A stretch of DNA of 64,000 bases, from NCBI GenBank assembly GCA_033763315.1, contig JANRKS010000009.1, positions 192,001 through 256,000 of the forward strand, given 5' to 3'. Shown here one piece after another: positions 25,813 through 36,032 of this stretch; position 1 is the first letter of the stretch, and every line of letters begins with the position of its first letter. A model generated the notes under the pieces. That model saw only the letters and a list, made by a program, of their open reading frames with translations, was not told where the DNA came from and did not search any database. The position numbers and the translations under genes were made by a program. This DNA comes from Deltaproteobacteria bacterium. Lineage in GTDB: Bacteria; Myxococcota_A; Polyangia; Fen-1088.

Positions 25813-28584
25813 TCACAGGTTCGAGGGTAAAGGAGGCGCGGGGCCCCGGGGCGGCGGGGGAGGTTGCGTGGGCGGGCGGACCGTTGTTGGCGTTGGCCTC
25901 ACGTCGCCCAACCGGCGGTGAAGTTGCTCGAGGGTGACCCGAATCTCAGCCGCGTTTGGCTCCCCAAAGGCCAGCGCGTGCGAGAACTCCGTGATCGCTT
26001 CGCGGTGGCGGCCCACCGCCGTTAAAGCGCGCCCATAAAGCGCATGCACGTGTGGATCGCCCGGCATCACCTGCACCACCCAAGGAGCCAGCAACAACAC
26101 AAGGTCCATCGCGTTCACACGTTCACACGCTTGCAGCAGGTCCACGGCCTGGCGCCCATTTTGCGCGTCTAACAGGAAAGCGCGAATGCGGGCCGCCAGG
26201 GCCTCGCGCGGTTTTCCGGCTTGGGTTAGCGCTTCGCCCAGGAACATCCAGCCTTCGACTTCCTCGGGCACCAGTTGCACGGCTTTTTGCAGGTTGACCT
26301 GTGCTTCGCCGGTGTTTCCCGCGCGCATGGCCGCCATCGCAAGCTTGAGCCGCACGTCATACCCCTCAAACCCGCGCTCTATGATGGTGCGCAGGTTGCG
26401 TATGATGTTTTCGGTAGGCGCGCCTTGTGCCTCCGCCAATCGCGCCCACACAAAAGCAAGTAACGCTGCCGTCCGATCCTTTGTTGGCAAGAGCTTGGGC
26501 CCCGCCTTCCACAAGGCATCGCCTTTGGTCCAGAAGGCCTGTGCCGCCTGCATCTGGTTGGCTTCGATAGACGACAAGGCGGCGCGCGCGAAATCGTCGG
26601 CCGTGGCACTGGGCGCAGCCGCTTTGCTCAAAGCGTCTTCGAGGTGCAACCGCTCGGTGACGTTGGGGAGAAACTGCGCGCCCAGCGCCGCGTAGCGCGC
26701 ATCTAAGTGTTGTACAAAGTCGCGTTGCAGGTCCGCCATGCCTGGCGTGTCCAATCGCATGAGCGCCGTTTCAGCGTTCATGCCCGCACCGATGTTCACG
26801 AGCAACGTGCGCACGGCCGCAAAGCCCGAACGTGCAATGAGAAACTCAACCGCGTGTGCCGCATAAGCGTAAGCCGCCACAGCCTCTTCGTTTGAGCGCG
26901 CGTTGAAGAACGATTTGGACAGATCAGGAAAGGGCGGCAACGTTTTGCGCTTGAGCTCGCCCCACAAGGCCAGCACGTCGTGCCGCCGCCATTCTTCCTT
27001 AAGCTGCGTCGTTTCCCATTCAGCCAGCCCTTCTGTCAGCCACCGCGGCACGCGTTCGCGCGACAAACCCAACGAGAACACGTGCGCAAGCTCGTGCGAC
27101 AACACCAGGGCCCAATTCGTTTTTCCTAAGCTGGGCGCCAAAGCCGTGATGACGGTGCCGAAACACACGGCGGAGACATCGAGCGTGGGCACCCCCACGG
27201 TGCGCACGGCAAACTGCGTGGCATCGCCATAGAGCTCAAACATCACTTTGGTGGGTGGCCTGTAATCGTATCGTCGCTCGTATCGCTCATAGACCGACTC
27301 TAAAAAGGGTCCAACAATTCGTTCTATGGCCAGTTGCTCCTGTGGCCGTATGCGAAAGCGCAGGTGTGCCGTCTCGATGATCTTGTAGTCGTTCTTTATG
27401 GCCTTCTCGAACAGCTGCAGTTGATTGAACGTACGCGTGTTGTAAGGATCCGCAGCGAAGGCGTCGCGCAGCACTTCCAAACCTTGAGCCTCTTCGCCCA
27501 GGCGCAGCAACGTGTTTCCTAAACTGTGATTGCAGCGCGCTTGCTGCGGCGCCTTCAGCAAACACTCCTCGGCCACCACGCGTGCCTCGCGGTAGCGGCG
27601 CTGCCGCACCAAAGCCTCTGCCACATTGGCGAAAAAATCGCCGTCGTTCGCTCGGATCGCCAAGCGCGCGTCACGCACTTTTGCATAGGCAGCGTCGTCG
27701 CTGCGGATCTTTGCCACCGCGGCGCTGAGCCAGTCGGCGTCGGCGTCATGCGGGTTCGTTGTGCGAAGCGCCTCCACAAGGCTTTGCATTTCCGCGAAGT
27801 CTTCGCCATCCAAAGCAATCTCGGCCTTGAGCGCCAGGGCGCCCGCGTGGCGGGGGTTCTGCGCCAAGGCGGATGCCAAAGCCGCGTTGGCCGCGGGGCG
27901 ATCGTAACCTTTTTCAAGCTCGGTGCGCGCCATGCCCACCAACGCGTCAGGCTGCTGTGGGTCAGCCTTCAAAGCTTGTTTAAAACTCGCCGCCGCTTCG
28001 CCGATGGCGTGCTTTTGTAAGAACAACTGGCCCCACGCCACGTTCGGCTCGGCGGCCGTCGGCGCACGTTTGACCGCTTCACGGAACAGCTCGTTGGCCC
28101 AACTCCACGCTTGGCCATGTTGCGCGATGGTGGCCATGGCGGCGAGGTTGGCGGGGTTGGTTCGATCCACCAACTTGATGTTCCACAAGCGCGTGGCCGA
28201 CTCTAGAATCAAGCGCACGGTGGTTGTGTCACCTTGCGCGGCGGCCACACGGCACAACTCGGCTTTGAGCGGCAGGTTGCCTGGTGCCAGGGCCGAAGCT
28301 CGTTCAAGCCGATCACGTGCGTTGGCAAGCAAGCCCAAGGATGTCTCTGCACGCGCGGCCAACAAAACGGCGGCCCGGCCCGCGGGCGTGCGGCCGCTCT
28401 CTTTTCGGGCGGTGGCATCCGCCACATGCAAAGCCTCGTCGTAACGACCGCGGCGCATGAGTTGTTGTGCGCGCTGCCATGCGGGCTCAGCCTGCGAGCT
28501 CGTTGATAGCAGCGCAGACAAGGCCATCCACGCCCCCAACGAGAGCTTCACGTCACGGAACTGCATGCGGCGTGATTGTGTCAT
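25813..28584 (-). CDS. Secreted TPR protein with central gluzincin (peptidase MA-like) domain
   Basis: Signal peptide; many TPRs; HELAH followed by PRWLTEGLAE. Confidence 0.8.
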   Translation of the reverse strand: MTQSRRMQFRDVKLSLGAWMALSALLSTSSQAEPAWQRAQQLMRRGRYDEALHVADATARKESGRTPAGRAAVLLAARAETSLGLLANARDRLERASALAPGNLPLKAELCRVAAAQGDTTTVRLILESATRLWNIKLVDRTNPANLAAMATIAQHGQAWSWANELFREAVKRAPTAAEPNVAWGQLFLQKHAIGEAAASFKQALKADPQQPDALVGMARTELEKGYDRPAANAALASALAQNPRHAGALALKAEIALDGEDFAEMQSLVEALRTTNPHDADADWLSAAVAKIRSDDAAYAKVRDARLAIRANDGDFFANVAEALVRQRRYREARVVAEECLLKAPQQARCNHSLGNTLLRLGEEAQGLEVLRDAFAADPYNTRTFNQLQLFEKAIKNDYKIIETAHLRFRIRPQEQLAIERIVGPFLESVYERYERRYDYRPPTKVMFELYGDATQFAVRTVGVPTLDVSAVCFGTVITALAPSLGKTNWALVLSHELAHVFSLGLSRERVPRWLTEGLAEWETTQLKEEWRRHDVLALWGELKRKTLPPFPDLSKSFFNARSNEEAVAAYAYAAHAVEFLIARSGFAAVRTLLVNIGAGMNAETALMRLDTPGMADLQRDFVQHLDARYAALGAQFLPNVTERLHLEDALSKAAAPSATADDFARAALSSIEANQMQAAQAFWTKGDALWKAGPKLLPTKDRTAALLAFVWARLAEAQGAPTENIIRNLRTIIERGFEGYDVRLKLAMAAMRAGNTGEAQVNLQKAVQLVPEEVEGWMFLGEALTQAGKPREALAARIRAFLLDAQNGRQAVDLLQACERVNAMDLVLLLAPWVVQVMPGDPHVHALYGRALTAVGRHREAITEFSHALAFGEPNAAEIRVTLEQLHRRLGDVRPTPTTVRPPTQPPPPPRGPAPPLPSNL

Positions 28585-28638
28585 GGCCGTTCGCCCACCG
28601 CAGCCCCATGATGTAGCATCTGCTAACGAGGAGCTTTC

Positions 28639-29139
28639 ATGACGGAACCCAACGCGAACCTAAAGGATGTGCCGGCGGAGATGTACGACGATTATCGTGC
28701 GTTCATTCGCCAGGCCGTGCGCGATTACTACGAGCGCGGTTGGAAAGCGCGCAAGGGCAACTTCATCGCTTTGGTGCTGGCGTCGGGCCAAATGGCGGGC
28801 TTGGCAACCGATTCGATGAAGGACGGCTCGGGTTTCAAAAAAGCGGCCATGGGCGCCGCGGGCGTTGTGGCCCTGCGTTTGGGGCTCAAATACTTCTTGG
28901 CGGGACCCTTGGGCTTGGTGCTGACCGCCGCCATGGTGGCATCTGCGATTGGCTTTTTCGTAAAGAACCAAAAAGACATCACCGCGCGCGTGGGACCCTA
29001 CCGCGAGCTGATCGAGCAAATGCGTGTGCGTTTTGAAGAGATCCAGGGTGGTTATCGGGGCGGCAAATATGATTCTGCCGGGCGTAACCTCATGATTGAT
29101 GGCTTGATGAAACAGTTCATCGAGCAAATCGATCAATAG
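28639..29139 (+). CDS. Hypothetical helical protein with hydrophobic hairpin
   Basis: GAGGAG RBS; hydrophobic Gly/Ala segment flanked by charged helices. Confidence 0.7.
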   Translation: MTEPNANLKDVPAEMYDDYRAFIRQAVRDYYERGWKARKGNFIALVLASGQMAGLATDSMKDGSGFKKAAMGAAGVVALRLGLKYFLAGPLGLVLTAAMVASAIGFFVKNQKDITARVGPYRELIEQMRVRFEEIQGGYRGGKYDSAGRNLMIDGLMKQFIEQIDQ

Positions 29140-29260
29140 GCGCACCCGCTGCGTTGATGCTGATCCCGGTGGTGAACTAGTTACGCGGCAAGGCTGAATC
29201 CGGTTGCATCTAGGGGCAGGTGTGACCCAATATCGGCATTGAACTCTTCGCGCTGCCCCT

Positions 29261-31498
29261 ATGCGAACATCCCCGCGTTCCCACTTCTTGATTGGCTGTT
29301 TGGTTTGTGCCGCGGCTGTTTCCTCAAGCTTCGGTTCGCTCCGGCCAGCGTCGGCCCAAACCGTTGAACCGCCCTTGGCGCCCGCCCCGGTGGAGCTTCA
29401 CGAGCCAGCGCCCGTGCTGCCCGCGGCGGATGTGGCCCCCGATGCGCCGGCGCCGCAAGCCGCGCCCGAGGCTCCAGCGCCTGTGCCAGCGACTGCCGCT
29501 CCGGCCAAACGAAAAGACGAAGTGGATGAGATCAGGGCGCCCGCGTGGATCTCCGAGGATCCACCACCTGTGGTTCGCCACGAAAAGCCGGCGGCGCCTG
29601 CGGATTGGGTGGCGGGCTTGGCGTTCGGCTCCGGCGCCCAGGGCACGTTGCGCGTGTTGTCGGCCGACACGGGCATCGTCGATCAGCTTCGCCTGCACTT
29701 CGGCGCCGACGTGGCGAGCGGAAGCAGCGTCATCGTCCGCGGCGACAAAAACACGCGGCTTGGTGGTGCATTGGCCGCCAGTTACAGCCCCACGTTGGGC
29801 CTCGAATTGTTTGGTGCTTTGCTGGGCGCCTCGAACAAGAACCAGCGTATCTGTACAGGTGGCGTTTGCACGAGCGAAGAAGGGCGCGTTGACCCGCAGG
29901 TGATTCGCGCCTTTGGGGATTTGCTTCTGGGCGCGAAGGTGGCACGTCAGGTCAGCGCTGAATGGGCCTTGGCCGCCTACGCGGATCTGCGCTTTTTGTC
30001 GTCGTCGGACGGCGTATTTTTCGATTTCGGCGCCACGTCGATCGATCTTGGCGGCGCGGCCACCTGGGATCTGCAGGCGGTCCACGAGCTGCCAGTGCGT
30101 CTGCATGCGAACCTAGGTTTCGTTGTCGATAATTCTACCAATCTGCAGGACTTTGCGGGCGTTGGGCAGCCCTCCGAACTTGTGGCCAGTTATGCCTATG
30201 GTTTGGGGCGCAATCGCCTGCGAACCGCCTTGGCACTCGAAAGCGTGCCGTGGTCTGTGGCACAACACGCGTCACTGACGCCGTTCATCGAATACCAACT
30301 GGACTGGGTCACCGGCAAAGCCAACCAGCGGTTCGCGGATTTTACGACCCCCGGTTGCGAGACGTCGGGGCGGCCTTGCCAGGACAACCGCGATCAGCAG
30401 CGCTTGGCGTTTGGTGTGCGCGCGCAAATCAATAAGGCCTGGGTGCTTACGTCGGCGCTTGATTTTGGCTTTCGTTCGGTCGGTTTCCCGTACGGGCCGC
30501 CCCAAGCGCCATTGACGTTCGCTTTCGTTGTGGGCCGGGCTTTTGATCTGTCCGGCACTCCGCCCCAGGCCCCGCCCGTCGCTGCGGCGCCCATTGAAGA
30601 AGCGCCGGAGGATGGCGTGGTGACCGGCCGTGTTTTCAACGCCGTTGACAACACCCCCGTTGGTAACGCCATCGTGGGGGTCGTGGGCCGTGGCCGTTCA
30701 CGCGTGGCCACCGATCCAGACGGCACGTTCACCAGCCACGACATCGCCCCCGCCGCTGTTCAATTGGAAGTGGCAGCCGTGGGGTTCGAGAGCCAAATCG
30801 TGCGCGCCCAGGTGTCGGCCGGAATGGCCACGGAGATTGACGTTCGGCTGGTGCCCAAGGCCGAGGGCACGGCGCGGGGCCGCGTGGCGGATGTGAACGG
30901 CAAGGGCATCGTGGCACGCGTGTTGTTCAGCGGCACAACGTCGGTGGCCGTGTTGTGTGACGAGCAGGGCCGCTTTGAAGCCAAGCTCGCTGCGGGGGTC
31001 TACATCGTGCGCGCCGAACTGGCAGGTTATTTGGTGAAAGAACAACGCCTTAGCTTGGACGCCAACAGCACGTTGGACGTGAACTTCGTCCTGCGGCCTC
31101 GCAAAGAAGTGGCAACGGCAGAATACGTGCCGCCATCTGGGTTGGTGCTGCGTTTGCCGCTGAAATTCGAGACGCAAACCAATGGCTTGCCTGTTGTGTT
31201 GGGCCCTAAGTCTTTGCAGATCTTGGATGAAGTGGTTGATGTTTTGGTCACCCACCCACGGATCTCGAAGCTTGTGATCGAGACGCATTGGGACGCAGAG
31301 AAGGTGGGTGGCAAGGATCCGCAGTTGATTACCGATTTGCAGGCACACGCGATCGCGGACTATCTGCAAGCGCAGGGTGTGGCCGCAGATCGCTTGTCGC
31401 CCCAACCCAAAGGCGCCAGTCACCCGGTGGTGCCCAATGTAGGCAAGAACCGCTCGAAGAACCGGCGTGTGGTCTTATCCGCGCTCGAAGACACCTAG
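29261..31498 (+). CDS. Outer-membrane protein: beta-barrel + two carboxypeptidase-regulatory-like domains + OmpA-like domain
   Basis: Signal peptide; barrel strands; VTGRV..PV.NA.V..TDPDGTF; C-terminal ILDEVVDVL..P..G.S.P.VPN..KNRRV. Confidence 0.8.
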   Translation: MRTSPRSHFLIGCLVCAAAVSSSFGSLRPASAQTVEPPLAPAPVELHEPAPVLPAADVAPDAPAPQAAPEAPAPVPATAAPAKRKDEVDEIRAPAWISEDPPPVVRHEKPAAPADWVAGLAFGSGAQGTLRVLSADTGIVDQLRLHFGADVASGSSVIVRGDKNTRLGGALAASYSPTLGLELFGALLGASNKNQRICTGGVCTSEEGRVDPQVIRAFGDLLLGAKVARQVSAEWALAAYADLRFLSSSDGVFFDFGATSIDLGGAATWDLQAVHELPVRLHANLGFVVDNSTNLQDFAGVGQPSELVASYAYGLGRNRLRTALALESVPWSVAQHASLTPFIEYQLDWVTGKANQRFADFTTPGCETSGRPCQDNRDQQRLAFGVRAQINKAWVLTSALDFGFRSVGFPYGPPQAPLTFAFVVGRAFDLSGTPPQAPPVAAAPIEEAPEDGVVTGRVFNAVDNTPVGNAIVGVVGRGRSRVATDPDGTFTSHDIAPAAVQLEVAAVGFESQIVRAQVSAGMATEIDVRLVPKAEGTARGRVADVNGKGIVARVLFSGTTSVAVLCDEQGRFEAKLAAGVYIVRAELAGYLVKEQRLSLDANSTLDVNFVLRPRKEVATAEYVPPSGLVLRLPLKFETQTNGLPVVLGPKSLQILDEVVDVLVTHPRISKLVIETHWDAEKVGGKDPQLITDLQAHAIADYLQAQGVAADRLSPQPKGASHPVVPNVGKNRSKNRRVVLSALEDT

Positions 31499-31549
31499 CT
31501 GTGTTCTACGCAGCGGCCCGCCGCAGTGGCGTGGTTTATACTTGAAGGC

Positions 31550-32350
31550 ATGAGCTGGAAGAACGTGCTTGCGGGCCTAAAGTCAATGCCACTTGAGCGC
31601 ACCCAAAGGGCGTTCGCTTTGTTGCCATTGGCCACTTTCGTTTTGCTCTATTGCACCTTCGCCATGTTGTTAGATGAAATGTGGCGGCCGGCTTTCCTCG
31701 GTTTGGCGGCGTGCTACTTAATCGCGTTCATCGCGCTTGGCTCCGATTGGTTCTGGGCGCGTTGGTACACGATGGGGTTGGCGTGGTCGGGCGTGATGGT
31801 GGGTGTCTACGCCATCGTCACCATGGGCGCGGCGGCGCCTCTCGTGATCTATGCCGCGCTTCACGGCGCCATCGTGTTGCTGTTGCGCGGTGGCAAGCTG
31901 GTGGCGCTCTACGAGGGGCAAACTGCGTGGCGCGAGCGTTATGGCCTTGATGAGCATGGCGCGGCCCGCGTGGGCAAGGCGGTGTCTCGCACGTCCGCTT
32001 CGTTGCCGTCGTTGGTGCTGTGGGCCCTGGCGCCGAAGCCGCCCGAGAACGAGGCTTTGTTCGCGTTTGCCGGCAGCGCGTTCATGACTGTCACCGTGTG
32101 GCTCACGCTGCTGATGGCCGTGGGCGCGTTGTTTGCGTTCGTCCGTGGGCGCGCGGTGGGGGCGTGCTTCTTGATCGCTGCCGCCGCATCCGTGGTGTTT
32201 GCGCGGCTAACGATGGGCGCCCAAGTGGCGTCATCGCCGGTGGCTTTGCAGGCTTTGGTTCTGGGCGCCACAACCGTTGCGCCGCTGGCGTTGTGCGGGG
32301 CCGTGCTGCCGATCGCCGGCCCCGTGTTCCGTTACCTACGTGGCCGCTAA
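31550..32350 (+). CDS. Multi-pass membrane protein of unknown function
   Basis: Seven or more hydrophobic segments; ATG 31550 after GAAGG. Confidence 0.7.
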   Translation: MSWKNVLAGLKSMPLERTQRAFALLPLATFVLLYCTFAMLLDEMWRPAFLGLAACYLIAFIALGSDWFWARWYTMGLAWSGVMVGVYAIVTMGAAAPLVIYAALHGAIVLLLRGGKLVALYEGQTAWRERYGLDEHGAARVGKAVSRTSASLPSLVLWALAPKPPENEALFAFAGSAFMTVTVWLTLLMAVGALFAFVRGRAVGACFLIAAAASVVFARLTMGAQVASSPVALQALVLGATTVAPLALCGAVLPIAGPVFRYLRGR

Positions 32351-34827
32351 GCTTGCACTTCGTGTGCGGCGGCCGGCTCGGTGTTGCGGATGCGCATGCC
32401 GTAAAACGATCGCCACACAAAGAACATACCCAACAGCAAAAAGCCACCCGCCAAGACGGCTGAAAGCGTGCGCTGCAGGTGGACGGCCATCTCCACCGCC
32501 AGCAAACCAAACAGCGTGGTGAACTTGATGATCGGGTTCATCGCCACCGATGAGGTGTCTTTGAACGGATCGCCCACGGTGTCCCCCACAACACAAGCGT
32601 CATGCAACGGCGTGCCTTTTTGCTTGAGATCCACTTCCACCAATTTCTTGGCGTTGTCCCAGGCCCCACCGGCGTTCGCCATAAACACAGCTTGGAACAA
32701 CCCAAACAAGGCGATCGACACCAAGTAACCGATGAAGAAGTAGGGCTCCATGCAGGCGTAGGCGAGGGTGCTGAAGAACACCGCCAAGAAGATGTTGAAC
32801 ATGCCTTTTTGCGCGTACTGGGTGCAGATCTCCACCACGCGTTTGCTGTCTTTGGTGGATGCGCGTTCGGCCGATTCCAGGTTGATGTTCGCCTTGATAA
32901 ATTCCACCGCGCGGTAGGCGCCCGTGGTCACAGCTTGCGTGGAAGCGCCCGTGAACCAATAAATGGTTGAGCCGCCAGTTATAAGGCCCAGCAAGAACGG
33001 CGGGTGCAAGAGCGATAGGTTGCCGATGAGCTCGGGCTTTAGCCCCTGGGTCAGCATCATCACGATGGAGAAAATCATCGTGGTTGATCCCACCACCGCG
33101 GTGCCGATCAACACAGGTTTGGCCGTGGCCTTGAACGTGTTGCCGGCGCCGTCGTTGCTCTCCAGCAGGAACTTCGCTTTCTCGAAGTCCACTGTGAAGT
33201 TGTGGTGCTTCTTCAAGTCTTCTTCGATGCCAGGAATGGTTTCGATCAACGACAGTTCATAAACCGACTGCGCGTTGTCGGTCACTGGCCCATACGAATC
33301 CACCGCGATGGTCACGGGCCCCATACCCAGAAAGCCAAAGGCCACGAGGCCGAACGCGAAGATGGCTTCGGCCATCATCAACGATGAAAGCCCCATGCTG
33401 CTAAACCACAACGCCGATGCCATCAGGCCCACCAGCACCAAACCCATCCAGTAAGCGCTGAAGTTGCCCGCGGTGAGGCCGGAGAGAATGTTCAACGAAG
33501 GCCCGCCCTCACGCGACGCCGTCACCACCTCTTTTACGTGCAGCGATTCGGTGGAGGTGAACACTTTGGTGACTTCGGGGATCGCCGCCCCCGCCAAGGT
33601 GCCGCAACTGATGATGCACGAAAGCTTCCACCACAGCGTGCCGTCGCCCAGCTCGGGGATCAGCAGGTAAGAAACCAGGTAAGTCATGCCGATCGACACC
33701 AGCGACGTCAGCCACACCAAGTTCGTCAGTGGCTTTTCAAAATTCATGACCTTGGCGTTGCTGTACATCGCCTTCGCCACCGCTTCGTTGAGCAAGTAAG
33801 CCATGCCGCTGGCCACCACCATCATCACGCGGATCGCGAAGATCCACACCAGCAGGCGAACCTGCACCACGGGATCCGGAACCGCCAGCAGGATGAATGA
33901 GATGAGCGCCACGCCCGTCACGCCGTAGGTTTCGAAGCCGTCGGCACTGGGGCCCACCGAATCGCCCGCGTTGTCCCCTGTGCAATCCGCGATGACGCCG
34001 GGGTTGCGGGCGTCGTCTTCTTTGATCTTGAAAGCGATCTTCATCAGGTCAGATCCGATGTCGGCAATCTTCGTGAAGATACCGCCCGCGATGCGCAGGG
34101 CCGAGGCCCCCAGTGATTCGCCGATGGCAAAGCCTATGAAGCACGCGCCGGCGAAATCACCGGGCACGAACAGCAAAATCATCAGCATGATAAGAAGCTC
34201 CACGCTGATGAGCAGCATGCCGATGCTCATGCCCGCACGCAGCGGAATTGCATAAACAGGGTAGGGCTTGCCTTCCAGCGCCGCAAAGGCGGTGCGTGAG
34301 TTGGCAAACGTGTTTACGCGTATGCCGAACCAAGCCACACCATAACTGCCGCCAATGCCCACCAGCGAGAACAGCAAAATCACCAGCACGCGCGTCGCGC
34401 TTTCGCCCATCAGCAGCCCGAAATACACCACCAAGATGGCGCCGATGAACACCTCCAGCAGCAAAATGAATTTGCCTTGCGTGATGAGGTACGTCTTGCA
34501 GGTTTCCCAAATCAGCGTGGATACGTCCCTCATCGACTTGTGCACCGGCAAGCGTTGCAACTGCTTGTAGATCACCAAGCCGAACAACAGGCCCGCGGCG
34601 CATATGAGCAGGCCGCCCAGCAGCAGCTTGTCACCAGCGATGCCGCCCAAAAACGTGACCTGCGATAGATCAGGCAGGCGAAGCGACGCTTCACCTCCGC
34701 CCTGTCTTGCGAGCTCCGCCGCGTGCGCCCGGTGGGACTGCCCCAGAATCCAAGCCACCACCAACCCCGCCCACGCCAAGAACTTGACCCCGCGAGTCGC
34801 CCCCCACACCACTGTGTTTTTTTTCAT
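32347..34827 (-). CDS. hppA: Membrane-bound H+-translocating pyrophosphatase (K+-independent signature)
   Basis: GGIFTKIADIGSDL, EDDARNP, DCTGDNAGD, DSYGPVTDNA, GNTFKA, GGAWDNAKK, GDTVGDPFKD. Confidence 0.93.
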   Translation of the reverse strand: MKKNTVVWGATRGVKFLAWAGLVVAWILGQSHRAHAAELARQGGGEASLRLPDLSQVTFLGGIAGDKLLLGGLLICAAGLLFGLVIYKQLQRLPVHKSMRDVSTLIWETCKTYLITQGKFILLLEVFIGAILVVYFGLLMGESATRVLVILLFSLVGIGGSYGVAWFGIRVNTFANSRTAFAALEGKPYPVYAIPLRAGMSIGMLLISVELLIMLMILLFVPGDFAGACFIGFAIGESLGASALRIAGGIFTKIADIGSDLMKIAFKIKEDDARNPGVIADCTGDNAGDSVGPSADGFETYGVTGVALISFILLAVPDPVVQVRLLVWIFAIRVMMVVASGMAYLLNEAVAKAMYSNAKVMNFEKPLTNLVWLTSLVSIGMTYLVSYLLIPELGDGTLWWKLSCIISCGTLAGAAIPEVTKVFTSTESLHVKEVVTASREGGPSLNILSGLTAGNFSAYWMGLVLVGLMASALWFSSMGLSSLMMAEAIFAFGLVAFGFLGMGPVTIAVDSYGPVTDNAQSVYELSLIETIPGIEEDLKKHHNFTVDFEKAKFLLESNDGAGNTFKATAKPVLIGTAVVGSTTMIFSIVMMLTQGLKPELIGNLSLLHPPFLLGLITGGSTIYWFTGASTQAVTTGAYRAVEFIKANINLESAERASTKDSKRVVEICTQYAQKGMFNIFLAVFFSTLAYACMEPYFFIGYLVSIALFGLFQAVFMANAGGAWDNAKKLVEVDLKQKGTPLHDACVVGDTVGDPFKDTSSVAMNPIIKFTTLFGLLAVEMAVHLQRTLSAVLAGGFLLLGMFFVWRSFYGMRIRNTEPAAAHEVQA

Positions 34828-34867
34828 TCCGTCTCGAGGCGATCCTCTACTCGGATGAGAATTATTG

Positions 34868-35428
34868 CTAGTCGTTTGCCTTCAAAACAACCAAGCGATA
34901 GTTTTGATACCCAGCCTGCCCACAGGAGTAGAGGATCTCAGTCAGTAATCTGTAGGGGGTGCTCGCGTCAGCTATCACCATCAGCTGGGACTCAAAGGTT
35001 TGGCCGGTGAGTTCGGCCACTTTTTGCTCTTTGCGGTGGTACTTCTCAAGGATCTCCACCAGCGGCGTGATGTAGTAGCCGTTCTCGCCATCACGCTTGA
35101 GCGTGGGGTCAACCTTGCCCTGGTTGATGGGGGCCACAGCATCGCCTTCGACCAACACCACGTTCTTTGTAATGGTGACGCCGATGGCTTCGCGCGCCGC
35201 CAATTGAGTGTTGCTGGGGGGAAGCTTTAAGTGCTCGTCAAACTTGATGGCACCGGCGCTTGATGAAAACGACTTCAACAAGAACACCAAGATGATGGTC
35301 ATCATGTCCATCATGGGCGTGATGTTCAGGTCCTTGACCGTTTCGGGCTCGGCTAAGCGTCGCGCGAACGCACGAATGGCCTTTTTACCCTCTAAACGGC
35401 TGAACTCTTCACCTGAGGCAAGCGACAT
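34868..35428 (-). CDS. ExbD/TolR family protein (AglS-like)
   Basis: LNITPMMDMMTIILVFLL; IADASTPY. Confidence 0.85.
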   Translation of the reverse strand: MSLASGEEFSRLEGKKAIRAFARRLAEPETVKDLNITPMMDMMTIILVFLLKSFSSSAGAIKFDEHLKLPPSNTQLAAREAIGVTITKNVVLVEGDAVAPINQGKVDPTLKRDGENGYYITPLVEILEKYHRKEQKVAELTGQTFESQLMVIADASTPYRLLTEILYSCGQAGYQNYRLVVLKAND

Positions 35429-35437
35429 GGAGTCTCC

Positions 35438-35953
35438 TCACAAAATACCGGCTGAGAAAACCACGTCTGGGAACATCAGATTGTGGTTCGTGTCTTCGCG
35501 CATGGCATCCAGAGTCTCGACCACGATCCGATACTCGGTGCCAGCGTCTGCATTGAACGTGGCCTTGGTTTCGTCGGGGAACTCTTTTTTGATCTCCATG
35601 AGCTTGGTGGTCAGGCCCTTGTAGTCGTAAATCTCGCCCTTCTTAGGGATGATCGGCATCACACCACCCGAGGCGGCGATGATGAAGCCTTTGGCGCCTG
35701 CGGTGATCGTGAGGTTCAAGGGGGGCTTTTCAGGTTCTTCCTGAGCCGCGCCGCCACCGCTGCCAATCGTGGGCAACGAGACGTTCACGTTGCCGAGCGC
35801 GATCGAGTTAACGACCGAAGCCAACAAGAAGATGATGATGTTCGTCACAATGTCCATGTAAGGGACAAGGTTCAATTCCCCCGTCTCTTCTTCGGCCTCT
35901 TCAGCGTGCTCTCGCATGCGCCTCATGGCTGCGCGGACTTGGCGTCTGGTCAT
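35438..35953 (-). CDS. ExbD/TolR family protein (AglQ-like)
   Basis: ELNLVPYMDIVTNIIIFLL; Y..VV..LDAMR..FPDV. Confidence 0.85.
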   Translation of the reverse strand: MTRRQVRAAMRRMREHAEEAEEETGELNLVPYMDIVTNIIIFLLASVVNSIALGNVNVSLPTIGSGGGAAQEEPEKPPLNLTITAGAKGFIIAASGGVMPIIPKKGEIYDYKGLTTKLMEIKKEFPDETKATFNADAGTEYRIVVETLDAMREDTNHNLMFPDVVFSAGIL

Positions 35954-35973
35954 CTTCGGTGGCTCGCGTGTGC

Positions 35974-36030
35974 AAAAAGAAAAGTGAAAGGCAAAGTGAA
36001 AGGGCCGGCACCTGCCGACCCCGGTTCACT
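35974..36030 (-). terminator. Intra-operon hairpin with U-rich tract
   Basis: Minus strand AGTGAAccGGGGTCGGCAggTGCCGGCCCTTTCACT then TTGCCTTTCACTTTTCTTTTT, between the TolQ-like and first TolR-like genes. Confidence 0.55.
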
Positions 36031-36032
36031 GT

